A stretch of 64,000 nucleotides of DNA from Microcystaceae cyanobacterium. Its GTDB lineage: Bacteria; Cyanobacteriota; Cyanobacteriia; Cyanobacteriales; Microcystaceae. The notes under the pieces were generated by a model. It saw only the letters and a program-made list of their open reading frames with translations, had not been told where the DNA came from and searched no databases. This document shows positions 8,684 to 17,755 of the stretch, piece after piece; the stretch's first letter is position 1, and each line of letters opens with the position of its first letter. The stretch lies in contig JBGTGT010000011.1 in assembly GCA_041746575.1 (NCBI GenBank), positions 32,001-96,000 on the forward strand, written 5' to 3'. A program made the translations under genes and the position numbers.

Positions 8684-10558
8684 GTGAATAATCATTTGTT
8701 GCAAGATTTTCAGCCAATCGCGCTGATTTCACCTGTTTTTCGAGAAATTGAGCCTTTGATTGCCCTTTCTCAGTTGTTAAATGCCAGTTTACACCTTCCA
8801 GACACGACACCTTCCTCAAAAGCCGCTATTCACACTTACACTTATTCAGGTTCGCTTAAGGATTATTTAGGGACAATTTGGTCAGATTACCGAGTTTTTA
8901 TCTTTTGTTTGGCTTCTGGTGCAGTTGTTCGTCTGATTGCTCCCTTTTTACGCGATAAATCCTCCGATCCAGCGATTATTGTTCTCGATCTTCAGCAAAA
9001 ATGGGTGATCAGTCTTTGTAGTGGTCATCAGGGGGGTGCTGATCAGCTTACCCAACTCATATCAGCGCAAATTGAAGCGATTCCCGTTATTACCAGTGGT
9101 TCTGAAGGCATAAACTGGTCTGGACTTGACCGTCTAGGACTTCCCTTCGGTTGGCGTAAAGGAACAGGGGATTGGACAAAAGTCAGCGCGGCCATCGTTC
9201 AAGGAAAAGCGGTACAGGTGATCCAAGAAGGGGGATCAACGCTGTGGCAACAGTCCGCACCCAACTCTCTTTATTTTGACTTTCCTGAGGGGGATGATGT
9301 CCTCTCTCCCCGTGCAAGGATCTGGATTAGCGCGACTCAGCGAAAATTTGCGCCTGATAGCCAATTGCCTAAAGTTCAGTGGCATCCTCGTTTATTATGG
9401 CTGGGAATCGGTTGCATTCGAGGAACATCCCTAGAAACCCTCGAAACCGCTATTCGACATGTTTTGCAACAGCATCATTTAGCGTATGAAGCGATCGCAG
9501 GAATTGCCACTATTGAACTTAAACAAGACGAAGTAGGCTTAGTAGAATTCTGTGAAAAAGAGCAATTTCCGCTAAAAGTATTTACGTCTGAGCAATTAAG
9601 AGCCGTTAATGTGCCGAATCCTTCTCAGGCGGTAGAAGATACCGTGAATACCCCTAGTGTGGCAGAGGCGGCCGCTATTTTGGCCGCTCAATCTGAAAAT
9701 TTATTAGAAGAAAATCCGAGTGGTTTAATTGTTCCCAAACAAGTGTTTGCTCAATGTGTTACCGTCGCTATCGCTCATTCTGCCGTAGAATATACAGGAC
9801 GGATGGGTCAGCTATTTCTCGTCGGCATGGGTCCGGGGGATTTAGGGCAAATGACTCCTTCTGCGAAAGCGGCTATCGCCTCAAGTGATGTTATTATCGG
9901 ATATTCCCTTTATTTAGACTTAATTAAACCTCTCAAACATTCCGGTCAACGGGTTGAAGCGTTCCCGATTACCCAAGAAAAGGAGCGATCGCAACGGGCG
10001 ATTGAACTGGCACGATGGGGTTTAACGGTTACCGTTGTTTCATCGGGAGACTGTGGTATCTATGGGATGGCGGGATTAGTGTTTGAAGAATTAACGGCTC
10101 AGGGATGGGACGGCAAAATCCCTAAAATTGAAGTATTTCCCGGAATTACCGCCTTACAAGCGGCGGCCGCACGGGTAGGTGCGCCTTTAATGCACGATTT
10201 TTGTGCCATCAGCTTGAGTGATTTATTGACACCTTGGGAAGTGATTGAAAAACGCTTAAAAGCGGCGGCAGAAGCAGATTTTGTGACCGCACTTTATAAC
10301 CCTCGCTCTCAAACGCGTACCCAACAGATTGTCAAAGCACAGGAATATTTTCTGCAATATCGCTCCCCCAATACACCTGTTGCTTTGGTTTATTGCGCTT
10401 ATCGTGCCGAAGAACAGATTATTTTAACGAATTTAAGCAAAATATTAGATTTTCCTATTGATATGCTAACCACCGTCTTAATTGGTAATCGAAGTACTTA
10501 TCAACACGGAGATTGGTTAATTACGCCGAGAGGGTATTCCCTTGGATTGCTGACATGA
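8684..10558 (+). CDS. cobJ: CbiG-CobJ/CbiH fusion (cobalt-precorrin-5A hydrolase / precorrin-3B C17-methyltransferase)
   Basis: CbiG motifs DKSSDPA, SGHQGGA, GIGCIRG, SVAEAAA; methyltransferase motifs GMGPG, SSGDCGIYGMA, HDFCAISLSD, TPRGY. Confidence 0.93.
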   Translation: MNNHLLQDFQPIALISPVFREIEPLIALSQLLNASLHLPDTTPSSKAAIHTYTYSGSLKDYLGTIWSDYRVFIFCLASGAVVRLIAPFLRDKSSDPAIIVLDLQQKWVISLCSGHQGGADQLTQLISAQIEAIPVITSGSEGINWSGLDRLGLPFGWRKGTGDWTKVSAAIVQGKAVQVIQEGGSTLWQQSAPNSLYFDFPEGDDVLSPRARIWISATQRKFAPDSQLPKVQWHPRLLWLGIGCIRGTSLETLETAIRHVLQQHHLAYEAIAGIATIELKQDEVGLVEFCEKEQFPLKVFTSEQLRAVNVPNPSQAVEDTVNTPSVAEAAAILAAQSENLLEENPSGLIVPKQVFAQCVTVAIAHSAVEYTGRMGQLFLVGMGPGDLGQMTPSAKAAIASSDVIIGYSLYLDLIKPLKHSGQRVEAFPITQEKERSQRAIELARWGLTVTVVSSGDCGIYGMAGLVFEELTAQGWDGKIPKIEVFPGITALQAAAARVGAPLMHDFCAISLSDLLTPWEVIEKRLKAAAEADFVTALYNPRSQTRTQQIVKAQEYFLQYRSPNTPVALVYCAYRAEEQIILTNLSKILDFPIDMLTTVLIGNRSTYQHGDWLITPRGYSLGLLT

Positions 10559-10983
10559 ATTGCCGTAAAGTCCATGTAAACCCTGAAATTATTAATTTTT
10601 TTGGGAATTCTTCTTTTTAAGGACAAATTTAAATAACTTCTCAGAGAAGTTGATCCTCGTGGTGTTTAACTTAGTCAATTTCTTGCGCTTTGTCTGGGTT
10701 TAACCGCTCAAAAAGTTAAAATAGCCATGTCGTTGTCTTAACGTATATCCTGCGTGGGTAAGATTACTTTAGGAGAAGATACAATGGCTGAAAACGCTTA
10801 GTCTCGCTCCACAGCCAGCTATTAAAATGGACGGGCTTTCTCTCGCTTGTCGGTTACTTTTGGTAAAGATTAGAAGAATCGACGTGACAAAAAGCCCTTA
10901 TGCCAAAGAAGGGATGAAATTGCTAAGGATTAGAGAATATAGGGTGAGGTTAAATCCTTAAGGGATAAGGTTTTTGCTGAAAA

Positions 10984-11057
<74 letters not shown>

Positions 11058-11110
11058 ATGCCTTATCTAGTATAGCGGCAATTGCTCAGAATAACAACTT
11101 TTATTTTCAG

Positions 11111-11665
11111 TTAAAAAAATAATTGCCATTCTTTTTCGGTACAAACCCCTTTCAGGGGGAAATCCCACGGATCAGTTGGCAATTGAGCAAAATAGGCAAA
11201 ATCAAAGATAATACCAAGACTAGGGATGGTTTTCCACGGGAGAGAACTCAATAGGCGATCATAAAATCCGCCCCCGTATCCTAAACGATAGCCTCGGCGA
11301 TCGCAAGCGATGGCAGGGACTAAAATTAAATCAACCGCTTCTGGTTTAATCAATGGGGAATCATCGCAGGGTTCCAAAATACCGTATTTGTTCCGATTTA
11401 AAGGTTCATTTGCTTGCCAAAAATGCCAAATTAGCTCTTTTTTAACACAACGGGGAAATCCCCACTGTTTAGGGTCTTGAAATAAGGAGCTTAAATCGGG
11501 TTCTTGACGAACGCTAAAATAGGCGAGAATCGTTTTAGCTTTTTGATAAAGGGGGCAGGTTAATAACTGTTGAGTAATTAGGTGACTGTCGACTTGCCAG
11601 CGTTCCAACGCTAAAGTTTGACGTTTTTTGCCTAATTTTTGTCTTAGCTGGGCTTTATTGAGCAT
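11111..11665 (-). CDS. 5-formyltetrahydrofolate cyclo-ligase
   Basis: KAQLR N-terminus, YGILEP, DLILVPA, RLGYGGGFYDR. Confidence 0.95.
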   Translation of the reverse strand: MLNKAQLRQKLGKKRQTLALERWQVDSHLITQQLLTCPLYQKAKTILAYFSVRQEPDLSSLFQDPKQWGFPRCVKKELIWHFWQANEPLNRNKYGILEPCDDSPLIKPEAVDLILVPAIACDRRGYRLGYGGGFYDRLLSSLPWKTIPSLGIIFDFAYFAQLPTDPWDFPLKGVCTEKEWQLFF

Positions 11666-11791
11666 GATTGTTTCAATAAAAGTTTGTACATTAAATAATT
11701 TGTCAAGCTTATTTTACAAAAATTAATATTAATGTTAACTTAAGTAAAGAAGCAAAACTAGCTTTCTTTTCAATTAACAAAAATTTCCAAT

Positions 11792-11977
11792 ATGGGCAGT
11801 AAAAACGAACGTAAATGGGAAAAAAACGTGTTGAAGGTCAGTATATGGCTTTTTGCAGAAATTCTCTTAACTTTTCTAGGAATTGATGATTTAGCGGATT
11901 ACAGTGAATTTGTCTTTGAAAAAACACGCCATCCTCATGCCTCGTCGATGTCGCTGATTCTTATCAGTCATTTGTAA
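11792..11977 (+). CDS. Small cyanobacterial hypothetical protein (61 aa, one hydrophobic helix)
   Basis: WLFAEILLTFLGIDDLADYSEF resembles a conserved cyanobacterial small-protein motif. It fills the gap between two genes. Confidence 0.7.
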   Translation: MGSKNERKWEKNVLKVSIWLFAEILLTFLGIDDLADYSEFVFEKTRHPHASSMSLILISHL

Positions 11978-12034
11978 GGGAATGAGGTGTTAGTCAATTA
12001 AAATAGCAAAAAAGCTGAGTTTTATCCATAAATT

Positions 12035-12523
12035 CTAAGTAATTTGGTTTCTCACACCGCTTAAACCGGCATAGGCAATGCCAATAGCATCCACACTATC
12101 ATCAATCGGCAAGATATCTAAAGCAAACACCGTTTGTAACAAAGACGCCACTTCTTGCTTATCAGCTTTTCCATTGCCTAAATGACATTTCCAACTAGAT
12201 TGGTGGAGAAAAATGACTTCTCTCTGCAATTCTCGGTAAATTGTTAGATTAATAACCCCTAAAGCTTGCATTACACCGCCGGCAGCTTTAATCTGACGAC
12301 TAAAAAAAGGCATTTCAATAGCCACTGCACAGGGTTGAAATTCTTGCAGAAGATCTATCATATCTCTTTCAATCTCTAGAAGACGCTGAGGGGTTGAGAG
12401 TAACTTGCTAGTTTCAATAACACCATATTCAATTAACTTTGGCGTAAAATAATCATTTTCTTCTAAAATTGCCCAACCAATTAAAGCAAGACCAGGGTCG
12501 ATTCCCATCCAGCGTTGTATCAT
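12035..12523 (-). CDS. ruvC: Holliday junction resolvase RuvC
   Basis: GIDPG, AIE, GNGKADKQEV, DDSVDAIGIA catalytic motifs. Confidence 0.93.
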   Translation of the reverse strand: MIQRWMGIDPGLALIGWAILEENDYFTPKLIEYGVIETSKLLSTPQRLLEIERDMIDLLQEFQPCAVAIEMPFFSRQIKAAGGVMQALGVINLTIYRELQREVIFLHQSSWKCHLGNGKADKQEVASLLQTVFALDILPIDDSVDAIGIAYAGLSGVRNQIT

Positions 12524-12572
12524 TTTGTCATCTCGAATCCCATTATTAATCGTCGAATTTAGGGGTCACTGT

Positions 12573-13205
12573 TTAAGCACCGCCACTGCCATTTTCACCA
12601 TAAGCTAACCACGCTAAATCCACTAATCCGTTGAGAATAGCGACGGCGACGACTGAGTTTCCTTTTTGTCCGTTAATGCTAATAAAGGGGATAAGAGTAT
12701 CTTGTAATCGCTCTTTAGCCACGTCTGCGTCAATAAAACCGGCAGGAGTCCCAATAATCAAGGCTGGTTTGATTAATTCCTCTTCGACTAATTCAACTAA
12801 AGCGAGTAAGGCGGTGACAGATTGACCAACGACAAAGATGCCTTCAGAATAGCGTTGTGCCAGGGTTTGCGTTCCCCATGCCGTTTTCGTTGTCTGTTTT
12901 TGCGGACGGGTAATGGTTTCTGCGCTACAAAAGACAGGATTAGCGAAGGAATCTTGCAACGTTGACACAATTCCGACTTGTACCATGGGAACATCAACAA
13001 TAATGGTACTACGAGCCGCTAACGCCGCCGCACCTGCGGTCAATGCTTTATCCGAAAATTGAATGAGGTTTTGATAATCAAAATCGGCGGTTTCATAAAT
13101 CACCCGACGAATAATTTCGTATTCTGCGGGAGCATGAAGGGTTTTGTCAATTTTTTGATCAATCAGGGCTAAACTTTGAGCAGTGGTAATGTGCCATTCC
13201 AGCAT
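12573..13205 (-). CDS. cobH: Precorrin-8X methylmutase (CobH/CbiC)-like paralogue
   Basis: RRVIYETADF, DVPMVQVGI, PALIIGTPAGF, GQKGNS. The catalytic His is replaced by Tyr. Confidence 0.75.
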   Translation of the reverse strand: MLEWHITTAQSLALIDQKIDKTLHAPAEYEIIRRVIYETADFDYQNLIQFSDKALTAGAAALAARSTIIVDVPMVQVGIVSTLQDSFANPVFCSAETITRPQKQTTKTAWGTQTLAQRYSEGIFVVGQSVTALLALVELVEEELIKPALIIGTPAGFIDADVAKERLQDTLIPFISINGQKGNSVVAVAILNGLVDLAWLAYGENGSGGA

Positions 13206-13305
13206 AGTCAGTTTAAGGTCTAGGGATCAAACGTTCAATCATTCAGTATTTCTATTATCTACAAATTCCCGTAAAGTGTAAATAATTAAATTCCATTAAT
13301 TTGCG

Positions 13306-15546
13306 ATGTTTTCCAGAATTTCTTTTTCCAATATTAAGCTCATTAATCTTTTTTTGTTGAGTAGTTTAGTTAGTTTAGCAACTCTTATTACCTACTTTTA
13401 TGTTGGAAGCGAAAAGACAATTTATTGGTCAGATTTGGTGACTTATCAATATAGAACGATAGAGTTAATTTCAACCTATCAGGATACGCCACTTCGAGCC
13501 ATTATCCTATTCCTAGGATCGTTTACAAGAGAATATAATAACTTATTTTGTCTGCCTTTGATCCCTTTTATGCTCATTTTTGGAGAAAGTCGTTTTGTTT
13601 ATATTTTGAGTTGTGTTTTGGTTTATCTTATTCCTTTTTGTTTCGTGATGGGCGCGATCGCAACAAAACTTATCCCTTGTAATTCTCGTAGCGTTTTTTG
13701 GTCAACAGCTTTTTTAGCTCTTTCAATCCCAACCACTTGGCTATCAACGTTGAGAGGTTATCCTGATATTGGAGGAGCGGTATTAATAGGATTAGCAATT
13801 TGGCTTTATTTAAAGGATATAAAACTAAGAAATTGGCAACAGATTTTACTATTAGCTTTCTTCTTGTCATCGTCTATTCTTTTTCGTCGTCACTTTGCCT
13901 ATGGGGTTAGAGCCTTTTTAGTTACTCTTTTTCTCCAAGGGTTTCTCGCTTTTTTAGCTGAGATTAAAGTAACGCCTAAAGAAGCCTTAAGAACGTTTAT
14001 CCAATATGGAATTCGCTTAAGTTTATTAACTTTTACTATTTTAATGTTTTCACCAATATTGGTTTATAAAATTTTAACAACGAATTATCGCTTTCTTTAT
14101 TATTCTTATGAAAAATCGTTGATAGTTAATCTTCAATACTTTATTGAAATCTACGGATGGTTACTTTTGTTCTTAACACTAATCGGATTTTCAGCAGGTT
14201 TTTTCACTCGTTTGTTAAGAAGACCTGTTCTTTTTTTTATAACTTTTTTTGGCAGTATTTCATTTATTCAATGGATATTTTTTTCTAAGCAAATTGGAGT
14301 CCACTATACGAATCATTTTAATTTTTTTATTATTCTTGGAACGGCAAGTTTTTTTTGGATAACTCAATTAATTCTTAAACGTAAAAAAAGATTTATTGTA
14401 TTGATATTAGGTGCTTTTATGATCCCGATTAATCTGTTGATGGGTTTAACCCCTATGGGTCGCTTCAATCTGGTTTTTCGCCCTTTATGGTCAATGAATT
14501 TTCCGCCACTTATTGATTCAGATTATGCAGAATTTATTAAATTAGTGACTTATCTTAGATCAGTTTCTCCGAATCAAAAACCACTCGATTTTAGTAACAG
14601 TTTAAGAAATATTGATCCTCATCAAGCGGGAATTTATCTCCCCTATTCTGATGTGTTTGCAGACAGCATTTTAAAAGAAGCAGAAAAACAGATTTATGGC
14701 TCAAATTCGCAAATTTTAAATTTTCTCAGGATACCTGCTATTGATTCTCGTGATTTTTACCCATTAGAACGATTATTACAAAGTCATTTAATTATTATTC
14801 CCACGTATTTTCCAAATCCAAAATATCCGATTGTTCGTTATCAAATCGCTCAAGTCGTTTTAGATATTTTTCAGCAAAATCAAGCTTTTGCTCATGATTT
14901 TAAAAAACTGCCCCAAACTTTTACTTTCCAAGACAGAAAAATACAAGTAAGTATTTACGAGCGAATTCATCCAACTAATTTAGAAACCACGTTAAAAACC
15001 TTAGAATTGATAAAATCACAAATTAAACCTATACCAAGCAATCAATCTCAATGGATAATTTTAGCCACAAAATATAAGGGAGAAATTTATAAAAATTCTG
15101 ATGAAAGCGTTAACATTGCTACCTACCAAACGTCTCAATTATCCTTATTATATTTTGGCTCGCTTCCCAATAAGATTCAGCTTAAAGGAACAGTTGAATC
15201 CTTCAATAATCAGTGTCAGGGGTTAACCTTAAATTTAATGACACTTGATAAACAAGGAAAGATGATAAATGAGATAAATCAATCTCTTTCTTATCGTTTT
15301 GATTTTCAAGTCAATACCCAAAAAAACTGGAAAAGTTATCTAAACACTCAAATCATCAAAACAAATCCAGAAATCGCATATTTACTCTCACCAAATGTTG
15401 CTCATTTTTCTGATGAATCTCTTAATTTTTTGCTCTCAATCCCCAATCAAAATGCAACTTACTTACGTCTTGATATAACCCCTCAAGAAGATAATAAAGC
15501 AATTTTATCCTGCTCTCCTTATCTTAAGAACTTAAATATTTTATAA
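13306..15546 (+). CDS. Polytopic membrane protein, probable GT-C fold glycosyltransferase
   Basis: Many hydrophobic segments in the N-terminal half, a YWSD acidic loop after TM1, and a soluble C-terminal domain. AT-rich. Confidence 0.6.
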   Translation: MFSRISFSNIKLINLFLLSSLVSLATLITYFYVGSEKTIYWSDLVTYQYRTIELISTYQDTPLRAIILFLGSFTREYNNLFCLPLIPFMLIFGESRFVYILSCVLVYLIPFCFVMGAIATKLIPCNSRSVFWSTAFLALSIPTTWLSTLRGYPDIGGAVLIGLAIWLYLKDIKLRNWQQILLLAFFLSSSILFRRHFAYGVRAFLVTLFLQGFLAFLAEIKVTPKEALRTFIQYGIRLSLLTFTILMFSPILVYKILTTNYRFLYYSYEKSLIVNLQYFIEIYGWLLLFLTLIGFSAGFFTRLLRRPVLFFITFFGSISFIQWIFFSKQIGVHYTNHFNFFIILGTASFFWITQLILKRKKRFIVLILGAFMIPINLLMGLTPMGRFNLVFRPLWSMNFPPLIDSDYAEFIKLVTYLRSVSPNQKPLDFSNSLRNIDPHQAGIYLPYSDVFADSILKEAEKQIYGSNSQILNFLRIPAIDSRDFYPLERLLQSHLIIIPTYFPNPKYPIVRYQIAQVVLDIFQQNQAFAHDFKKLPQTFTFQDRKIQVSIYERIHPTNLETTLKTLELIKSQIKPIPSNQSQWIILATKYKGEIYKNSDESVNIATYQTSQLSLLYFGSLPNKIQLKGTVESFNNQCQGLTLNLMTLDKQGKMINEINQSLSYRFDFQVNTQKNWKSYLNTQIIKTNPEIAYLLSPNVAHFSDESLNFLLSIPNQNATYLRLDITPQEDNKAILSCSPYLKNLNIL

Positions 15547-15634
15547 ATAATCGTAATTTACATCAAGAAAAATATATCGCTTTCTCTTTGTTTTCTCATT
15601 TTTTCAAGTCGCACTTTTAAAATAGCTCCTACTC

Positions 15635-15874
15635 CTAGTTTGTGACTAAAGTTTGGTCTTCATCTAGCGAACCTAATGCCAATCTCCGCAATGGCATCAT
15701 CGAAGGTGTAATAATCACCGTCGCACTTTTCATCAGTAAGCAAAGAGTTGTAATTATGCAAGAATTCATGTTTAGTATCAGAAAATACGTTGTTATACCT
15801 GATTCATCCCACAATTCTTGTCTGAGCTTGTTGAAAACTTCGTTGTCGACTGGTTGATGATACAGAGATATCAA
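15635..15874 (-). pseudogene. Truncated DUF389-family membrane protein remnant
   Basis: ESGITTYFLIL...SCIITTLCLL..SATVII..PSMMPLRRLALG resembles the DUF389 N-terminus (IATFGLL.NSAAVIIGAMIIAPLM.P) with a deletion and an early stop. Confidence 0.6.
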
Positions 15875-15951
15875 GAATTGAGCGTCATGAAATGTTAACT
15901 CTAATGATATGATTTTGAGGAATCTTCGATGTCGTTTGCTAATTAATTCCT

Positions 15952-17154
15952 ATGGAATGTCGTGTGTGTGACGGGACTAACCTCGAACTGGCTATTGATT
16001 TAGGGCAACAACCTTGGTGTAATCATTTCTTAAAGCCTGAAGAAGTCGGAAAAGAACCCTATTATCCCCTTAGTGTGCTGTATTGTCATGATTGCAGTAC
16101 CGTACAACTTGATTATACGGTTAAGAAAGAAATCATGTTTGGGGATCACACGTACCTATCTGGGGTAACTCGTTCCCTGAGTGAGCACTTTAAACAAATT
16201 GCCGAACAAGTAGATGAGCGTTTTTTTCAAGATAAATCGCAAAAATCGGTTCTTGATATTGGTTCTAATGACGGTACGCAACTGAAGCATTTTCAGGCTT
16301 TGGGTTACGAGGTATTAGGAGTCGAATCGTCTGTCACCACTGCAAAAATTGCTAATGATGCGGGTGTTCCGACATTAAATGAATTTTTTAACCTAGAGGT
16401 TGTTAAACGCTTAAATCGTAAATTTGACGTGATTAACGCCGCTGGAGTCTTTTTTCATCTCGAAGAACTTCATTCTGTCACCGAAGGTATTCGAGAAGCC
16501 CTAGCGGAAGAGGGGGTGTTTATTGTACAGTTTTTATATATGAAGCGTATTGTCGAGAATTTAGCCTTCGATCAAATCTATCACGAGCATTTATTATATT
16601 ATAATCTCAAAACAATTGAAACCTTATTAAATCGTCATGGTTTAGCCTTATTTGATGCCTATTTAGCCCCAATTCATGGTGGCTCAATGATTGGTTTTGT
16701 CACCCATCAAGGGAAACAATCTGCCACTGAACGACTCAAAGTGTTACAGCAAGCTGAAATCGAAGATAAATCCAATGAATTTGAAACCTACCGTCAATTT
16801 GCTCAACGCATCGAGCAGATGAAGCAGGAAAACTTGGACTACCTAGAGCAAGCAAAACAGGAAGGAAAAACGATCTGGGGATTTGGCGCGCCCGTGAAGG
16901 GAAATACCCTCTTAAATTATTTTGGCATCGGGACGCCCTATTTAGATTGTTTGGTGGAGAAAAATGAACTACGTCGGGGATTATATTCACCGGGGATGCA
17001 CATTCCCCTTAAAATCGAAAAAGAACTCACCGAATTACCCAATATTTATTATGTGTTAGCATGGAATTTTAAAAAAGAAATTCTAGCAAATAATCAACAT
17101 TTAGTGGATCAAGGTGTTGAATTTTATTTTCCTGTTAATCCAAAAGAGGTTTAA
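15952..17154 (+). CDS. SAM-dependent C-methyltransferase (NDP-sugar C-methyltransferase type, Zn-binding N-terminus)
   Basis: CRVC...CHDC, DIGSNDG, FDQIYHEH, IHGGS, GAPVKGNTLLN, LAWNF. Confidence 0.9.
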   Translation: MECRVCDGTNLELAIDLGQQPWCNHFLKPEEVGKEPYYPLSVLYCHDCSTVQLDYTVKKEIMFGDHTYLSGVTRSLSEHFKQIAEQVDERFFQDKSQKSVLDIGSNDGTQLKHFQALGYEVLGVESSVTTAKIANDAGVPTLNEFFNLEVVKRLNRKFDVINAAGVFFHLEELHSVTEGIREALAEEGVFIVQFLYMKRIVENLAFDQIYHEHLLYYNLKTIETLLNRHGLALFDAYLAPIHGGSMIGFVTHQGKQSATERLKVLQQAEIEDKSNEFETYRQFAQRIEQMKQENLDYLEQAKQEGKTIWGFGAPVKGNTLLNYFGIGTPYLDCLVEKNELRRGLYSPGMHIPLKIEKELTELPNIYYVLAWNFKKEILANNQHLVDQGVEFYFPVNPKEV

Positions 17155-17162
17155 TAAACATT

Positions 17163-17755
17163 ATGAAAGGGGAATTGAATCTCTCTACTTTATTAAGAGA
17201 AATGCAACCCATTCTTCAACCTGAAAAATATGTTTTTTGTACTTTCCCATTAGGAGAAAAAGGGAAATCTGGTCTAATTAAAGAAGCAGAAGGCTTAAGC
17301 TTAACTCTGCAAAAAAATATTGCTGATCAAGAAAAATTAACTTATTATTAACGTGAGTTCGACCATCAGAAAATTTACGAGTCTTCTTTATTTAATTTTT
17401 TTGTGCAGGGGGTGCGGGGGAGGCACTCCGTCCCCCGTTGGGGGTTTGGGGGGCTAGTCCCCCAATCAAGAATTTGTTTTTCTTTTCCTAATCCCAATGA
17501 GAATGGACAAAAGGATTGAGATAATTGCCCTCGTCGAACTCACGTTATTATTATATTACTCGTCAAATTACGCTATCTATTCATTCTAGTTTAGAGGCAG
17601 TGGGATTTTTGGCGGCAATTACTCAAAAATTAGCAAAACACAATATTAGTGTCAATCCGATTTCAGCTTATTATCATGATCACCTATTTGTGCCAACCCA
17701 TCAAGCAAAAATTGCGATGAATCTTCTTAATGACTTTTCAGAGAAAACCTATTGA
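17163..17755 (+). pseudogene. ACT-domain protein (DUF2241-type) interrupted by a MITE
   Basis: N-part MKGELNLSTLLREMQP and C-part ITLSIHSSLEAVGFLAAI...SAYYHDHLFV join in frame once 17349-17554 is removed. Confidence 0.9.
17349..17547. mobile_element. 199-bp non-autonomous MITE, IS982-like ends
   Basis: Perfect 15-bp TIRs TAACGTGAGTTCGAC (17349-17363) and GTCGAACTCACGTTA (17533-17547); 7-bp target duplication TTATTAT (17342-17348 and 17548-17554). The family call is from recalled end motifs. Confidence 0.9.

Noticed and set aside
11666..11790. 6S RNA upstream of the 5-formyl-THF cyclo-ligase gene
   Set aside because: The region is short, very AT-rich and lacks the long irregular hairpin.
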